From: Camelus ferus
Lineage: Eukaryota
Assembly: GCF_009834535.1 (NCBI RefSeq)
Contig: NC_045697.1
Span: forward strand, 91,328,001-91,392,000
Reading direction: 5' to 3'
Length of the DNA stretch: 64,000 nucleotides
The position numbers and the translations under genes were made by a program. A model generated the notes under the pieces. That model was not told the origin of the DNA. It was given only the letters and a program-made list of their open reading frames with translations, and did not search any database. Shown piece by piece: positions 24,981 through 38,268 of this stretch; within the stretch, counting starts at the first letter, position 1; each line of letters begins with the position of its first letter.

Positions 24981-25032
24981 ATGAAACGAGGTCGCCTTCC
25001 CAGCAGCAGTGAGGATTCTGACGACAATGGCA
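24981..25032 (+). CDS. JADE1: JADE1 exon 2, first coding part (exon starts 24955): MKRGRLPSSSEDSDDNG
   Basis: Acceptor tttgcag|24955, ATG at 24981 with A at -3, donor GCA|gtaagt; 52 coding nt. Confidence 0.96.
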
Positions 25033-26849
25033 GTAAGTCCTGCTTTGTTGTTCTTGGAGCCTAGCAGGGTTTGGGTCAGTGTAAAAACATGATTTTTTAA
25101 TGTAATGCTTTAAATAGCTGAGGACCTCTGCATATCAGGCAGGTCAGAGAAGAGCTACAGCTGAGAAACACATCTGTCTGAGTGTGATACTGCAGGTCTG
25201 TAACCAGATCTTTCCGGGTAAGGTTGACTGCAGGTGGGCATTCCTCAGGCTTCCTGTTTGTTATCCAGAGATGAACAATCCAGTTTCAAGAGTCACTGGT
25301 GTGTCTCTCTTTTCCTAAACATCATTTACAGTACTTCACAGTTGCTTTTTATGAAAAGGGAACTTAATCGAAGCCACTTAATTATTAACTAGTCTAACCT
25401 GAAACAAAGGGCGGTTGAAGGCTGCCTAGTGTGATGTGAAAATACTAAGTACAGGTTTTTAGTAGGGCACAAATCAGTGCTCTTCACTGATTTGAACATG
25501 ACTGTATTAATACTACTACTGTCTGCATCTCAGCTCTGGCATCCTCATATTTTCACAGTGCTTCTGAGAACCAGAAGTTAGTTGGCTTCCAGGCAGTCAA
25601 AATAAATGTCACACAGCGTCTGTGTATTGAAGCTAACAGACTACCCGGGGAAGAGCTCCCTTTGGATAACAAGGAAATTTTGTACCTAGCACAGTGCCTG
25701 AGCTCCAGCCCATTTGCTTACGTTTCATATTACAGATAGAATTTGCCAAACCTTGAAAGATTGCTTGCTCTACTGAATGATGGGAAAGGTATTGGGGCTG
25801 CTTTCAAGGAACTGTGTCTTTGACATATATAAAACCCAGCCTGATGCAAAGTCATCAGGACAGTCAGAGATGCCTTTTTGAAGCACTGTGGAGATGTATA
25901 TGTCTAGACACAAATTCAGAGGAAGGGAGGGCCAGGGAAAGTTGGGCAGGTCCTGAAGCCTTCTTAGTTTAGGCAAACAGGGTTGTTTTTCTGGTCTCCC
26001 AAGTTTTTGGCAGGTTAAAAGTGGCAAATTAGAAAGCAAGGCTTTGCTGTTGTGGGTGGCCACATTTGACAGCCACCGGAAACATTAAAAACAGAAAAAC
26101 TCAGACACAGAAGGAATGAAATCCTGATTAGAGCTTTGGATACAAGCATGAAGCAGTGAACTAGAATTGGTGGATGGGAGGGTGATGGGAGTTTGGAGGT
26201 ACGTGGAAGTGAGCTGTGACCAGATGGAGGGAGGACTGGGACTGAGAAGTTTAATGAATGGGTCTTTTGGGACAGACAGCGGGAGCTGATGTTTGGCACA
26301 AAGGAGTGAACTGGGTGAGGGAAGGAGAGACGAGTAGGAGCTCCAGAGATGGGGCTCCCCTTCCATCTCAGGGAGGGGATTGAGGGGCTCTGCTGCCTTC
26401 GGGGGTGCCTTCTGAATTTCTTAGTGCTGGTCGTTTTCACAGTCCTCATTACCTGTTTTCTCTAATATTTACTTAGGCTTTTTACTCCTTGAGGCAAAAA
26501 CGTGCTTAGGTATTTCTCCCCTGCACTCTGTAGTGCCTATCAAGTGTCCTCAGGGGTCATAAGCACTCAATAAATGCTTGCTGCTTGCTCAGAGTACACA
26601 GTTTTGTCCTACAGCAGTTAAAAGCTTACTTTTTAGGTTCAGAATTAATCAGAAGGGTTATGAGTTCCTTCTGCATACTACCAGTGTCCAGTAAAAGGCG
26701 AAGAGCTCCATTTTCATACATTCTTGGCTGAGCAACAGGTCTGTGTTTGCTCACTCTTTTGGCTCTCAGCACTGCCTCACTTCCACCTTGGGAAATCTGA
26801 GTTAGAAATGGTTCTCTTGGAATGTTCTCTCCGGACTGGAGCTGCCCAG

Positions 26850-26962
26850 TAGGAGGGAAATGATCTGATGTAACTAAGGAACTGAGTTTTAAAATTTAAT
26901 TTAATTAAAATTAAAATTTAAAAAGCCATGTCGCTAGTGACTACCATATTGGACGGTGCAGT
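26850..26962. mobile_element. MER3/MER33-like DNA transposon end
   Basis: AT-rich core followed by agccatgtcgctagtgactaccatattggacggtgcag. Confidence 0.7.
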
Positions 26963-27027
26963 TCTGGACACCGGCCCAGTCCAGTCCTTCTGGCTGTTTA
27001 GAGGCTCCTGGTAGTCTCACAGGGCCT

Positions 27028-27439
27028 TGCATTCGTCTTCTTGGGCTGTCATGACAAATACCACAGACTGGGGGGGGACTTCAGCCACAGATACTTATTT
27101 CTTATCTCCCAGTTCTGGAGGCTGGAGTCCAAGATCAAGGTGCCAGTAGGTTTGCTTTCTCCTGAGGCCTCTCTCCTTGGCTTGCAGACGGCCGCCTTCT
27201 CCCTGTGCTCTCACAGGGTCTTTCCTCTGAGCATGTGCATCCCTGGTGTCTCTGCATCTAAATGTCTTTCTGTAAGGACCCTAGGGAGACTGCATTAGGG
27301 CCAACCCTGAAGACTTCATTTAACCTGAATCACTCATTTAAAGGCCTTATCTTCAAATATAATCGCATTCAGAAGTACTGGGGGTTAGGCTTCAATATGT
27401 GAATTTTAGAGGGGGATGTACACAATTCAGGCCATAACA
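27028..27439 (-). mobile_element. MLT1 (MaLR) solo LTR
   Basis: TG...CA ends, motif cagttctggaggctggagtccaagatcaaggtg, 5-bp TSD ggcct/gccct. Confidence 0.85.
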
Positions 27440-28599
27440 GCCCTAGATGACCAAATGTTTCATCCAAACATGCATTTTCTTCCGCCTCCTAATATACTTA
27501 TGTCTATGCTGGCCTCCCTGAAGGCAGGGATAGAGGACTGAGGCGAATATTTAAAGGGTCCTAGAGGGTTAACGTAAGAAGACCAGGCTGGGTTTTGTTC
27601 TACCCTGGGCTACACTAGTAGGACCAGTAGTCCGTTAGATAGCTGCTAGTAGAAGGAAGGCAGGCTGGCCTTGTGTCACACAGTTGCTTCGGTTAAAGCG
27701 TGTAGTGGTACTGTACGGCTGTGCTGTCTGTCCAGGCCTAATGGTTTAGTCATAGTGGATGATGGTTGCAGTAACAAGCGGCTCTCATTGAGAAGCCCCG
27801 GAATGCCAAGCTTTGTAAACATATGCACGTATCCACACCATGGCACACCCTTTCCACCCTCTCTGAGGGCAGCTGTGTCATGGTGTAGGCTTCTGCCACC
27901 AGCCTGCTAGTTTGCATGGGCATATATCCTCTTGTGTCGACCTGTGGTGGTGTGTGTGGGGTGCCTTCTGCCCCTGCTCAGTCCGCAGAGTTGAGCCTGC
28001 CCTCAGCCAGGTACTTGTAGCCTTGCTTGTAAGAAGGGCTGGGTCTGTGCAGTGGCCACTGTCCAGCCTTTCCAGCCTGCAGCCCCAACAGAAGTTTGGC
28101 AGCAGCTCCCAGCCCAAAGCAGAGCACATCTAAATGGAGGAGAGGCAGCTGTAGACGTCAGCTTAGGGCCCCAGTACCACGGCTGGGCCCGCCTGGCCTC
28201 CTGGACTGGAGCTCTTTGCTTTGATTTGTGGCCTGATCCAGGGGGAATGCCAGTGTGGTGTTTACAGTTGGGGATGGACGGGCGTTTTCCATGCTGGTGC
28301 AAGCCCTCATCCAGCTGCCGTCATAGTTGTTGAGGCCTTTCTCCAGGTGCCCTGGAGGGCTGGCCTTGGCTGTTGGATGAAGTATGTTGGGGTGTTTGCA
28401 GGCTGTGTCTGTAATTGCTGGGCTCCTGGCACTGAGTGGCCTAGCCAGTCTCTGAAGTTACACATTGTGCCAGGGTGTGACCTGGGGAAACAAGCACTGT
28501 ATTTCCTGCTTCCCAGTCCATGGTCTTCTGTCCTTCAGAGTTTCGGCGAACTAGGGTTTTCGGCAAACATGACAGTGGGGTCCACCAGCTATTTTTGGT

Positions 28600-29190
28600 A
28601 TTTCCAAAGCCCTAGCTTGTGGGGAGGGGAAAGGGGCTGGAGGTTGCACCATTAAATCAATGATGATTTAATCCATCATGCCCGTGTAATGAAGCCTCCA
28701 TAAAAACCCAAAAAGACAGGGTTCAGGAAGCTACCCGGTTGGTGAACATGGAGATTTGGGGAGAGTGGTGCTCTCTGAGAGGGCATGGAAGCTCCATGCC
28801 CTTTCCCCATGCCTTGTCTTAATGTATTTCTTCTTCATCTGGCTGGTGATTCATATCCTTTTAATATCCCTTTATAATACATTGGTGATCTGGTAAGTAA
28901 CATGTTTCTCTGAGTTCTTTGAGCCACTCTAACAAATTAATTGAACCCAAGTAAGGAAGGGGTCATGGGAACCTCTGATTTATAGCCAGTCAGTCCGAAG
29001 CACAGGTAACAACCTGGGGTTGGCAGCTGGCATCTGAAGTGAAGGGCGGTTTTGTGGTGCTGATCCTGTGGAATCGAGTTCTGTCTCTGGGTAGGTGGTG
29101 TCAGAATGGAATTGAATTCTTGGACACCCTGCTGGTGTCTGATGGTTGGTGGTGTGGGGACGCTTCCACAGGCGCGTGCTGGAATTGGGC
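28600..29190 (+). mobile_element. MER21-like ERV LTR
   Basis: Motifs gtaatgaagcctccataaaaaccc, gagagggcatggaagctcc and gtgtcagaatggaattgaatt; ends approximate. Confidence 0.7.
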
Positions 29191-32029
29191 CTGGGGATTG
29201 TTTTCACCTGCCTAATGTCCTAAATTTCAGGGCTGTGCTGACCTCCCTGTGGGAAGGCCTAGGGTGTGGTTGGAGGTCTGGAACAGGTACTTGTGGGGGC
29301 CCTCCCTGGTCTCTCAGTTTCTGCTGACCCTGAAACACTTCTGTCTTCTCTAGTTATCTAGCCAAGTTCTAGCCAAGTTATCACCTTTGTGATAACAAAG
29401 GTGCAGAAAAGAGCTGAGTAGAATTCAGGCCTACGAATTTCGCGCTTTGTAATGCTGGTTGATGAACATGAAGTTATGTGAGGACTTTTGTTTTTCTGGG
29501 TTCTCTCCAGCTGACGGATAAACAGAAAAGAAAGACCAAGACTTTTAGTGGATGAAACATACTTCTGCTTGGACCTTTTATGTCTCATGCATTTAATGGG
29601 TTCTCTTACGTTTTTCAATAACTTGTCATTTTTTTTTACGTTTGACTGACTGTTCTTGGTTCCTTTCATGGCAAGTCTTCTGAGGTTTCTTGGTGGTTTC
29701 CCTTTTGCATAAAAGTTAAGTCTGCTTCCGTTTCTATTTCTGTTTGACTATGCCTTTAATTTACTCCCTTCCCTCCATCAGTTGCATCTTAGGACACCAA
29801 GGACATCTTGTGTAGGGATTCTTGAAATGAGAGTTTTGTCTCAAGTACTGCAGAATGTGTGCTGTGCCCATGTCACCTCAAGGCACGCGGAGATGGCTTT
29901 GCCCCTTTCCAAACCTGATGTGTGGCTTGTCCTTGACAGTGGAAGAGCATCATCTTGGGCTTGAGGAGCTGCTAACACAGCACGGACGGTCTGGTCCACC
30001 AGCTAGTCTCTGTGGCCCTAGACTTGGACTCAACAGAAGGGCTGGGTTACTGTGAAGCATTTGTGTCAGTTGGTTGAAGGCCAAGTGTATTTAAATATGT
30101 TGGAACATTCCTGGGCCAGTTCTCTGAATGTACCCATTAAGCTTTGTTTTTTGAAAGACGGAAGTGAGTTTGGACCATGGAGCCAATAAGCCATGCTGGG
30201 ATGGAAGGGCGGGCTGGGCGGTGGGAGATGTGGGGTCAGACCATGCTGGAAATAGCAGTGGTGTGCGAGTCTTAGGTCATACAGTTATCATGCAGTTAAA
30301 GCAAGTAGCTGGGAACTACATTCAGTTTGCTTTCTTTTAGCTAGGACTTTGCATAGTACCGCTTTACTTGCGCAAGGCTGGCCTCGCCTTGCAGTAATGA
30401 AGCCTGCACTGTTATGGTGACAGTGGTTGGCCTGCTGGGCTCCATGCTTGCTGGTCCTAAGCCTCTTACTGTGCTAAGCTGATTTAACACTTCTAGAGAC
30501 ACAAGGGTAGTATTTAGCATTTAGAAACAGGATGTGAGACACAGGAGATACGCTATTTGATCAGTGGTTAGGTTCTTTCGTAGTTTTGCATTTTGTGGTG
30601 GTGTGAGCACCCACCCAGGCTGCCATTCATTCTAATTTCTGAACCTTTCATGTGCAGGACAACCTGGGAGGCTACACATACACGAACTGTCAAATGGGAG
30701 GTGTGTGCAATATGTATTAGATGTACTCTTGAGGTTTTTCCTTATTTTAGATCTAGGGCAAGACTGCGTGGCTATTTTTAATATTTCAAAGGAGTATTTG
30801 AGGTAAATGCATAATAGGACCAGGAAGCAGGGTTCAGAATGCAGTGCACACACAAGATCCATGCTCATAGTGCTCTGATCTGTGAGCCTTTTATGACTTT
30901 TATTATTGCTCCCAAATTTGTTTTAATGGAAATTGGGGACAGTGAAACAAAACAAGGGTTTATTCCATTAACTCTTTTCAGTGTTTAATATAGATTAATT
31001 GTTGATACTCAAACAGCGTACATGTCAAGAAGCTAAAAGTCACACTTGTCACTAGAGTAGACTTAACTTTAGGTAATATCTTGTGTGTGGGTAATACAGT
31101 ACTTTTTAGATATTACCAAGTTTTTAGAGTTGCCAACTCCTCTCCTGAAAGCAACAAACAAAAAGTTACTTGCCATATTCTTAATTTAGCTTGTCATTAA
31201 ATGTTAGCACTCTGAAAAAAAACAAAATGCGGCACCAACTCAGCATAATCTTAGCACGTGGTTTTTAAGAGCTAAGAAGTGGCCAGTGTTATACCACAGT
31301 GTGAATCACTGCCTCCCCAGTCCTTTTGGTGTTTGAAATACTCTCATTTCTGGTTTAATTCTTTTTCTTCACCCAGTATACTTCCAAAAAAACCCATAGC
31401 ATTTTAAAATTAAAATGGAGTGCGGGCCATTTTTGCTTGGGATTGTGTTCTGGGAGCTTGATGGCCGTCTGGGAAGTACCCGGAGAGAATGTGGCTGAGG
31501 GAGAAGTGGTGAAGAACGTCAAGGCAGGTGCTCTGAGTCTCCCGTGGGCTCGCTGTGGGTGCTCTGTCAGGGGAGTGCGTTCCTGTCAGGAAACAGCGGC
31601 CCCACCATGCTGTCTCTGTTTGCCAGGACCTCATTTTCCTTAAGCTCAAAAGCATATCTTCTAGTAGTTAAAACAGGAGTGTGTCTTTGGTACCTGCCAC
31701 CTGCAGTGCTTGAGTAACAGTGATGGTTCTCGTTGAGCGTGACTGTCTGTCCTGAACAATGACACTATATTTTTTCCATTTAAAAACTTGAAAAAAAAAT
31801 TGAGAATCTGCTGTGTGCACAGCGCTGACTTAGGTACACTGTGTGCTCTGAGTAGTACAGTGAGTTAGAAGGAGGGGATCACCAGTAGGTACCTGTGTGG
31901 GGCGTGGAGGATCCTGCTTCTCGCTGTTGAGCAGCGAAGTGCAGGCTTCGTACCAGCCACCCGTGTGAAGTAAAATGGAGCATTTTGTTTTCCTTCACTG
32001 TTAATGGATGATAGAAAGTCACCAGGTAT

Positions 32030-32415
32030 TTTCTGCACACATTTAAAGTGTATGCTTTGATACATTTTGACACGTTTACACCCATGAAATCATATAACTC
32101 AAGATAATCCTTCCCCCCCTGCTTTCCTCAGTCAACCTCTGATCTACTTTCTGTCACTATAGATTAGCTTATATTTTCTGGAGTTTCATATAAACGGAAT
32201 AATACAGTTCGTATTCTTTTCATCTGGCTTCTTTAATGCCACATAATTATTCCCACATACATCCGTGTTGCATCTATCACCGGCTCGTTCCTTTTTATTG
32301 CTGGGTAGTAGTCCGTTGTGGTTTTGCCATGATTTGTTCATTCATTCAGTCTGGTGGTGGGTGTTTGCATGGTTTCTGTTTTTTGTCTTTTATAAATAAG
32401 CTAAGGACATTCCTT
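32030..32415 (-). mobile_element. Old L1M 3' fragment
   Basis: Motifs tctactttctgtcactatagattag and ttcatataaacggaataatacag. Confidence 0.7.
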
Positions 32416-35016
32416 GTGTCAGTGGTAATTTAAACTTAGTTTTCCTCCCAGCCTTTCCCTTTCTGCAGTGTAAGTTTTATTAATTTTTCTCTTCCTCCTC
32501 TTGCATTAGGCAAATGAAAAGGAAGAGGAACAGACTATTTCTGGGTGGACCAGAGTTTCTCTTGGGTAATACGATCAGATACCAATTTATAGCATTTTTG
32601 AATATATGTTTTTAAAAGCAGACAACATTTTTCAAGAATATAAAAGCAGTACTAGGAAAAGTTTCAAAGTGATTGCCATTACTTGGTTTGTTCTGTGCCA
32701 GCAAAGCTGAAACTTCCTGGGAACCTTGAAAGCTACCCTGGAGGGATCCTGACAGATCCCTAGGAAGAGGCAAGAGGGCCACAGAACTTTGAGAATGAAC
32801 AAATCTGTTGCTTCTGCTTTAACTTTGATAGTATTTAACTGTAAGCACTCGCCTCCCCTCCCCACCGTGTTAGTTTTTGAATTATAGCTGTGGAATGAAT
32901 TTAAAGTTTTTCTGTTTCATTCCTTATCACTTACAACCCTTTACATGGTAATTCTAAGTAAAGGGGCCATCCCTCTTCTGCCCTGTGTCTCCTTCCCCGC
33001 CCCTAGCCCTTGGGCAGTCCCACCCCGAGTTGCTTGTGCTCTTCCCATCTCTGCTTTCAGCCTGTGGGCTGGCTGGGGGTGGCCTGCAGGACCAGAGGTT
33101 GGCAGAGGGGCCTGTTAAACACATGAGCTGCCCAGCTGCCTTCCTCTCTGGGTTCCTAGCTTGGCTTCTGTCTTTCTTTCTCCAGTGGTGACTAGATTTA
33201 GAACTTCCTGCAAGTCGGAATCACCCCAGTGTGCCCAGAATATTTCTTGCAGTGTGGGAGTGAAGATTTCTTGTTCATTTGGAGTCTAAAGAAAGATACT
33301 TAGGATTATTTTTTAAAGAAGAAGTTTTGAAAATATTACCGAGCAGTGCAGTAGGGCCACTAGTAGGAAATCTAGTTCTGCTGGCCTGACAGCAGTCAGT
33401 TGACCCAGTATCGGGCCTCAGAACTGGCCTTCAAGGGTAGTGCCGACCTCTCCCCTGTCAGGGGAGCGTGGCAATCCCCTTTAGTCTCTGTCATTGCAAA
33501 TCTGATGATAGGCTTATGTGCAGAGTCTATTTCTTAATGCCCCCAAGGTCTTAAGGATGTTTTGATTCTGTGTCCCTTGTTTCTGGAATCCGTAGAGATA
33601 AGAGTTTCTTGTTTGAGTGACAGGTGATTTTACTGGTACGGTAGAGGTTCCCTCAGGTCTCAGCTTTCTGGGGTCGGGGAGGGGCTGTTAAATTTCTGGG
33701 AAATGGTACAGTTGTAATCAAGGTGGAGGCACGTTATTAGGAAGTTAGACACCCTGCAGGTGGTAGTGAGAGCTGTTTCAGGTCTCTGATGGTGGTCCAG
33801 CACCCACAGACAGAGAAGACCGGGATTCTGAGGTTTTGGGCAGTTGAACTGATGTGACTCAGGCATTCATTGATTGGATGTGTCCTGAGTCAGGAGAGTC
33901 TAGGATGACTCTTAAGATTACTGACTTCAAGTGGGAGTGGTGGTGATAATTCCTCAAAGTAGGAGTAGAAGAACGGGTTTGGGTAAGATGTTGAGCCCAG
34001 TTAGTGTGGTGCTGAACTCTGACCCATCTCAGGAACACCGTGGACTTGGCTGATGTCTGATCTGAGAGTGAACGTGGACCTAGTGCTTGGGTGGGAGATG
34101 AGCGTGGGAATGCAGGTCACACAGGTTTGGCGGTCTCCTGGGCGTGCTGAGTAGGACTGTAGGCTTGGATGAGCACTGCCGGGGGGGGGGGGGCACCTGG
34201 AAGACAGGGCCCACAGAGTGGGGACACCAGGAAAGCAGGATGGAGGCTGTGCTGCAGAGGGGTCTTAGGCCTGAGAGGAGCTCAGGCTCAGACTTGGTGG
34301 CAGTTAGGAGACAAAGGTGTCCTGGTAGGGTTTCCAGTTTCCGTGTCCTGGTGGGGGAGGGGCCGTGTGACCAGGGATAAGAATACCTTATCTTCAGAGC
34401 TCAGAAAAGAGCTGACAGGCTTTTTCTGGGGAAAGAGAGGAGTACGCAGTTTTAAAGGTGATTTGGCTGTAGCAGCTAGTGTACAGCAGATCTGAACTTC
34501 CCTGTTCCAGGAAATGCTAAAGTTTTTTTTTTTTTTTTTGCGGAGTCAAAACTTTTTTTCTTATGTTTTGGGGGATGGCTTTTAGGATTTAGCATAATGA
34601 TCTTCGTGTTTAGAAAGGTTACTGGAAATTCAAGAAAGTTTCTGAATTTATATTTACCAGTGTGAGACTTGGAGCCTCAAGTGCAGGCTTAGGGACAGAG
34701 GTTCCACCTGTGTGGTGTTCTTGAAAAGCCTCTCCCCTCCCGTGAGCTGTTCTGTGACACAGGACCCCTGAGCACAGCCACACAGAGGGTCTTGTTGGCC
34801 TGCTTTGGGGAGTGAGTGTGTAAGTGAGTAATGGGGGTGGAGGAGCTCTGGGGGAGGAGAGCGCCAGCAGAGCATTGACTTGTCTCCTGGGGTGGCACTG
34901 AGGGAAGCCTTGCTCAGTTTGGCTTAAAAAAAAAAAAAGACCCCTGTAAACACTGATTTGTGTGTTCTTAATTGTTCAATTTTTAATTGTTCCTGTTCGG
35001 ATATTTATTTCTTTAG

Positions 35017-35102
35017 GCCTGTCAACTACGTGGTCACAGAATTCCCGATCCCAGCACAGGAGAAGTTCATGCTCCAGACATGAAGACCGAAAGCCTTCAG
35101 AG
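35017..35102 (+). CDS. JADE1: JADE1 exon 3: [29 protein letters not shown]
   Basis: tttctttag|GC...GAG|gtattt; 86 nt, cumulative 138. Confidence 0.96.
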
Positions 35103-35199
35103 GTATTTCCCGAATGCTGGTGTGACTGTCGTACGCGTGTGTGTGAGTGTATGGTTGACACACGCACCTGGTTGATTGGTATTGATGTCTGTGCATTCT

Positions 35200-35368
35200 T
35201 GGGCGAGTTATTTAACCTCTCGGTGTCTCAGTTTCCAAATCTGTAAGATGGGGTAACACAGGTGTTTACCTCATAGGATTCTAGTGAGGATTAAGTGGGT
35301 TAATACACAGAGGTTAATGCATACAAAGCAGGTGAAATGTGCTCAGTAAATGTTAGTTGTTATTATTA
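35200..35368 (+). mobile_element. MIR SINE
   Basis: gggcgagttatttaacctctcggtgtctcagtttcc...gctcagtaaatgttagttgttattatt. Confidence 0.85.
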
Positions 35369-35611
35369 ATTTTATTCTTTTTTTCCTTTTCTGTTCCATC
35401 TTTGCTGGCTCCCAGCAACTTTCCCTCTGGCCAGGAGATCAGTGTGTCTGGCTGCTGCCAGTCACTGCCAGCCTCAAGTTAGTTTTAGCTATGAATTTGT
35501 GGCTTATTTGGCAAAAGCCAACGTAATTCTGGGAGTTTTGTTCTGGGGATTATGCTTAAGGCTCTTCCCCCATCTGTTTCTCATCTTCGGTTTCCCTGTG
35601 CCCTCCCGTTT

Positions 35612-35650
35612 GTTTCTGTCTGTCTGTCTGTCTGTCTGTCTGCCTGCCTA
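35612..35650. repeat. (TCTG)n microsatellite
   Basis: Visible tetranucleotide run. Confidence 0.9.
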
Positions 35651-38110
35651 CCCATTACCTGTCTCTGTAAGGCTGTAGGTGCATGTCTTTGTTGGCTTTC
35701 GTTTATCAGGGGCCCTGCCAGTCCTGAGATCTCTTTTCTCTGAAAGCCTTGGGCTGGACTCTGAGGATTTAAATGATTGAAGAAAAGGCATTTTAGTTTA
35801 TCACCGTTTTCAGGTGAGCAGGTTATGCTCAGAATAGAGAGTTTTTAGTTCAGCCCCTTGGTTTTGTGCTGCCTTTTGGTGCAGTGAGTTCCGAGGTGGC
35901 CGCCGTCCCTAAGGAACTGCGTCTCCTCCGACTGTGAGAGGGATGCTGGGGGCTCTGTGTTGAGGAGGGTAGGGGTTATGTGCTTGTGAAATAACTTCCT
36001 CCATGAGGAAGTAGGATGCGTGCTTCAGAACTGTGGAAAACCGTCCCTGGGGGCACGTAAACGTCAGATTAGGTGTTCGTGACAGGGCGGCCGCTTCGTT
36101 GCCTTGATTTATTCCAGGCCTTTGTCCTTTTGCACCTGCAGTGCCGTCTTCCCTCTCTTTGGTCTCACAGTGACTCTGCTGCTCGTGCTACCTCCACAGC
36201 CCCCTCAGTACCTTTCTGATGTTCACACTGTGTGCCTTTTATTTCAGGGCAGGGGTACCGGGGCTCTAATAGGAAGCTGGTGCCCGGGTGACCAGCACCA
36301 CTGCCTCCCGGGTGTGGTTAGAGCCCCTTCTGGTGCTGGCACTGAGGGCCGGCCTGCTCCCCAACTTGGGTTTTGTTCCAGGCTTTTTGTAAAATTTCTC
36401 TTGAGTTGACATTGCTTTCCACTTAAAGTGCTAACGTGTAGCTCTGCTGGGGACACAGGAGTTCACGTCCATTTGAGGGCATCTGTGTCCATCCTTGACC
36501 ATCGTATCCGAGTTCCTTGAGTGCGGGAACAGTGGGCTGCCTTTTTTCCTCTTGTCACCTCAGTTTGATTTTCCTTCTTTGGCAGACTCCCTCACTTCTT
36601 ATTTATCAGACTAAGTTGGAAAGTGTTTTTAACTGGTTTGCCACCTGAATATGTAAACCTGTGACTTTATGTGAAGGACTTTTCTCTTTGGGGGTGGGGA
36701 AGGCGGGCTGACAAGGTTCATGTGCACCCGGGCCCCAGCACCTGTTCTGGGGACTCAGTGCTGCAGGGGACTCCATCTTACTTGGGCTTTTGTGGAAGGT
36801 GCACAGCCAGGTTCTCTCTTGTTACTGGGATTTTAGAAACAAGGAGCAGCATACTGGGGAAAAGTCTGGTCCAGAATGGCAGTCTGAAGAAATGACCTTT
36901 TTATTTAGATACTGCCTCAGGCTTTATTATGGTGAAGTTTATTAAAGTGATCACCAGCCTGAAAAGCCACCAGGAAAAACAAATACGGACCTAATAGCAG
37001 GCATATAATGTGAACTATGCTTAGCAGCACAAGAAGGAACTCCCTGTCCCAAGAAGAGAGAGTTCAGCATTGTGACTTGTGTAAACAGAGAGTGTAGCTT
37101 TCAGATGCAGGCACACGTTGTGCCAAATACAACTTTGGGCCAGTGCTCACGCCAGGGCCAGAGCTTCCTTGTGTGGTCCTGAGACCTGAGTGGACTGAGG
37201 ACAAGGCCCCAGCGGGGAGGCAGAGCTGTGCTGCTGCTGTCCTTTGGCCCCCGCAGGAGGACGTGGTCCCCCAGCCTGCAGTGAGGGATTGAGGCCCCCT
37301 CTTGGCAGAGGGGTACTTTGGAGTCTTGTGGGTCTGTTTTTGGCAGGGGGAGGAGAGGCTAGTAGCTTGCTTGATTCTTTCTCTCTCTCCTTCCCTCTTT
37401 CCTTCTGCTCCTTTCTCTGCAAATGCCACTTCATTGTAGAAGTTGTGCCAGGAGAAGGTGTGCGAACGAATACACTTTTTATAAGCCCATTTTCTGCCTT
37501 GATTCCACTGGCTTGTCATTGCTTCTCTCCCACATTTTTCTGGCCTGTACTTCTGCCTGGCACTGACCAACCAGGACCTGCCCTCCCCAGACCCCTTGCT
37601 GTAAGCCCTAGTGCTTTGGTGGGCAGGGGCCGGGTGGGGGCAATCTGAGTGTGACAGAGGCAGCCTTGTGGCTCTGGGTTTGGCTTGGAGTTGTTACATG
37701 GTTGGTGAAGTTTTATTTCTTAAACATTTACCAAAATGGCACCCCTGAGTGAGATACTTCCCTCCAGGGATTTTCAGGCGCATGTTTCCAGCAGCCTGTT
37801 CGGTGAATTGGGAGTTCTTAGAGTTTTTCAGGGGAGGACAGCAAGGTTCCTTTTTTGCTGTAGCCGGTGCAGACACTCTCATCTCTCAGAGCTGGTGAGG
37901 GAGTGAGGACAGGGTGAGCTGCCACTACCCCAAGCCTGAGAGAGGCCCCGGGTGCAGCAGGCCAAGGGGTTTCCTATAATAGGTCAGACTGGTTCTCTGT
38001 TGAAACAGTGACCCTGTTTCATGGCAGCTCCATGGTTACCCCGCAGCTGCCAGTGCTCTGAATAAGAATGCAAACATCCAGCGTCAGCGATCCTTTCTCT
38101 CCCTTTCCAG

Positions 38111-38268
38111 GTGTTTAGGACAGACCTGATCACCGCCATGAAGTTGCACGACTCCTACCAGCTGAACCCGGATGAGTATTACGTGCTGGCAGATCCCTGG
38201 AGACAGGAGTGGGAGAAGGGGGTCCAGGTGCCAGTGAGCCCTGGGACCATCCCTCAGCCTGTGGCCAG
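38111..38268 (+). CDS. JADE1: JADE1 exon 4: [52 protein letters not shown](R), start of EPC-like domain I
   Basis: ccctttccag|GTG...AG|gtagac; 158 nt, cumulative 296. Confidence 0.97.
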
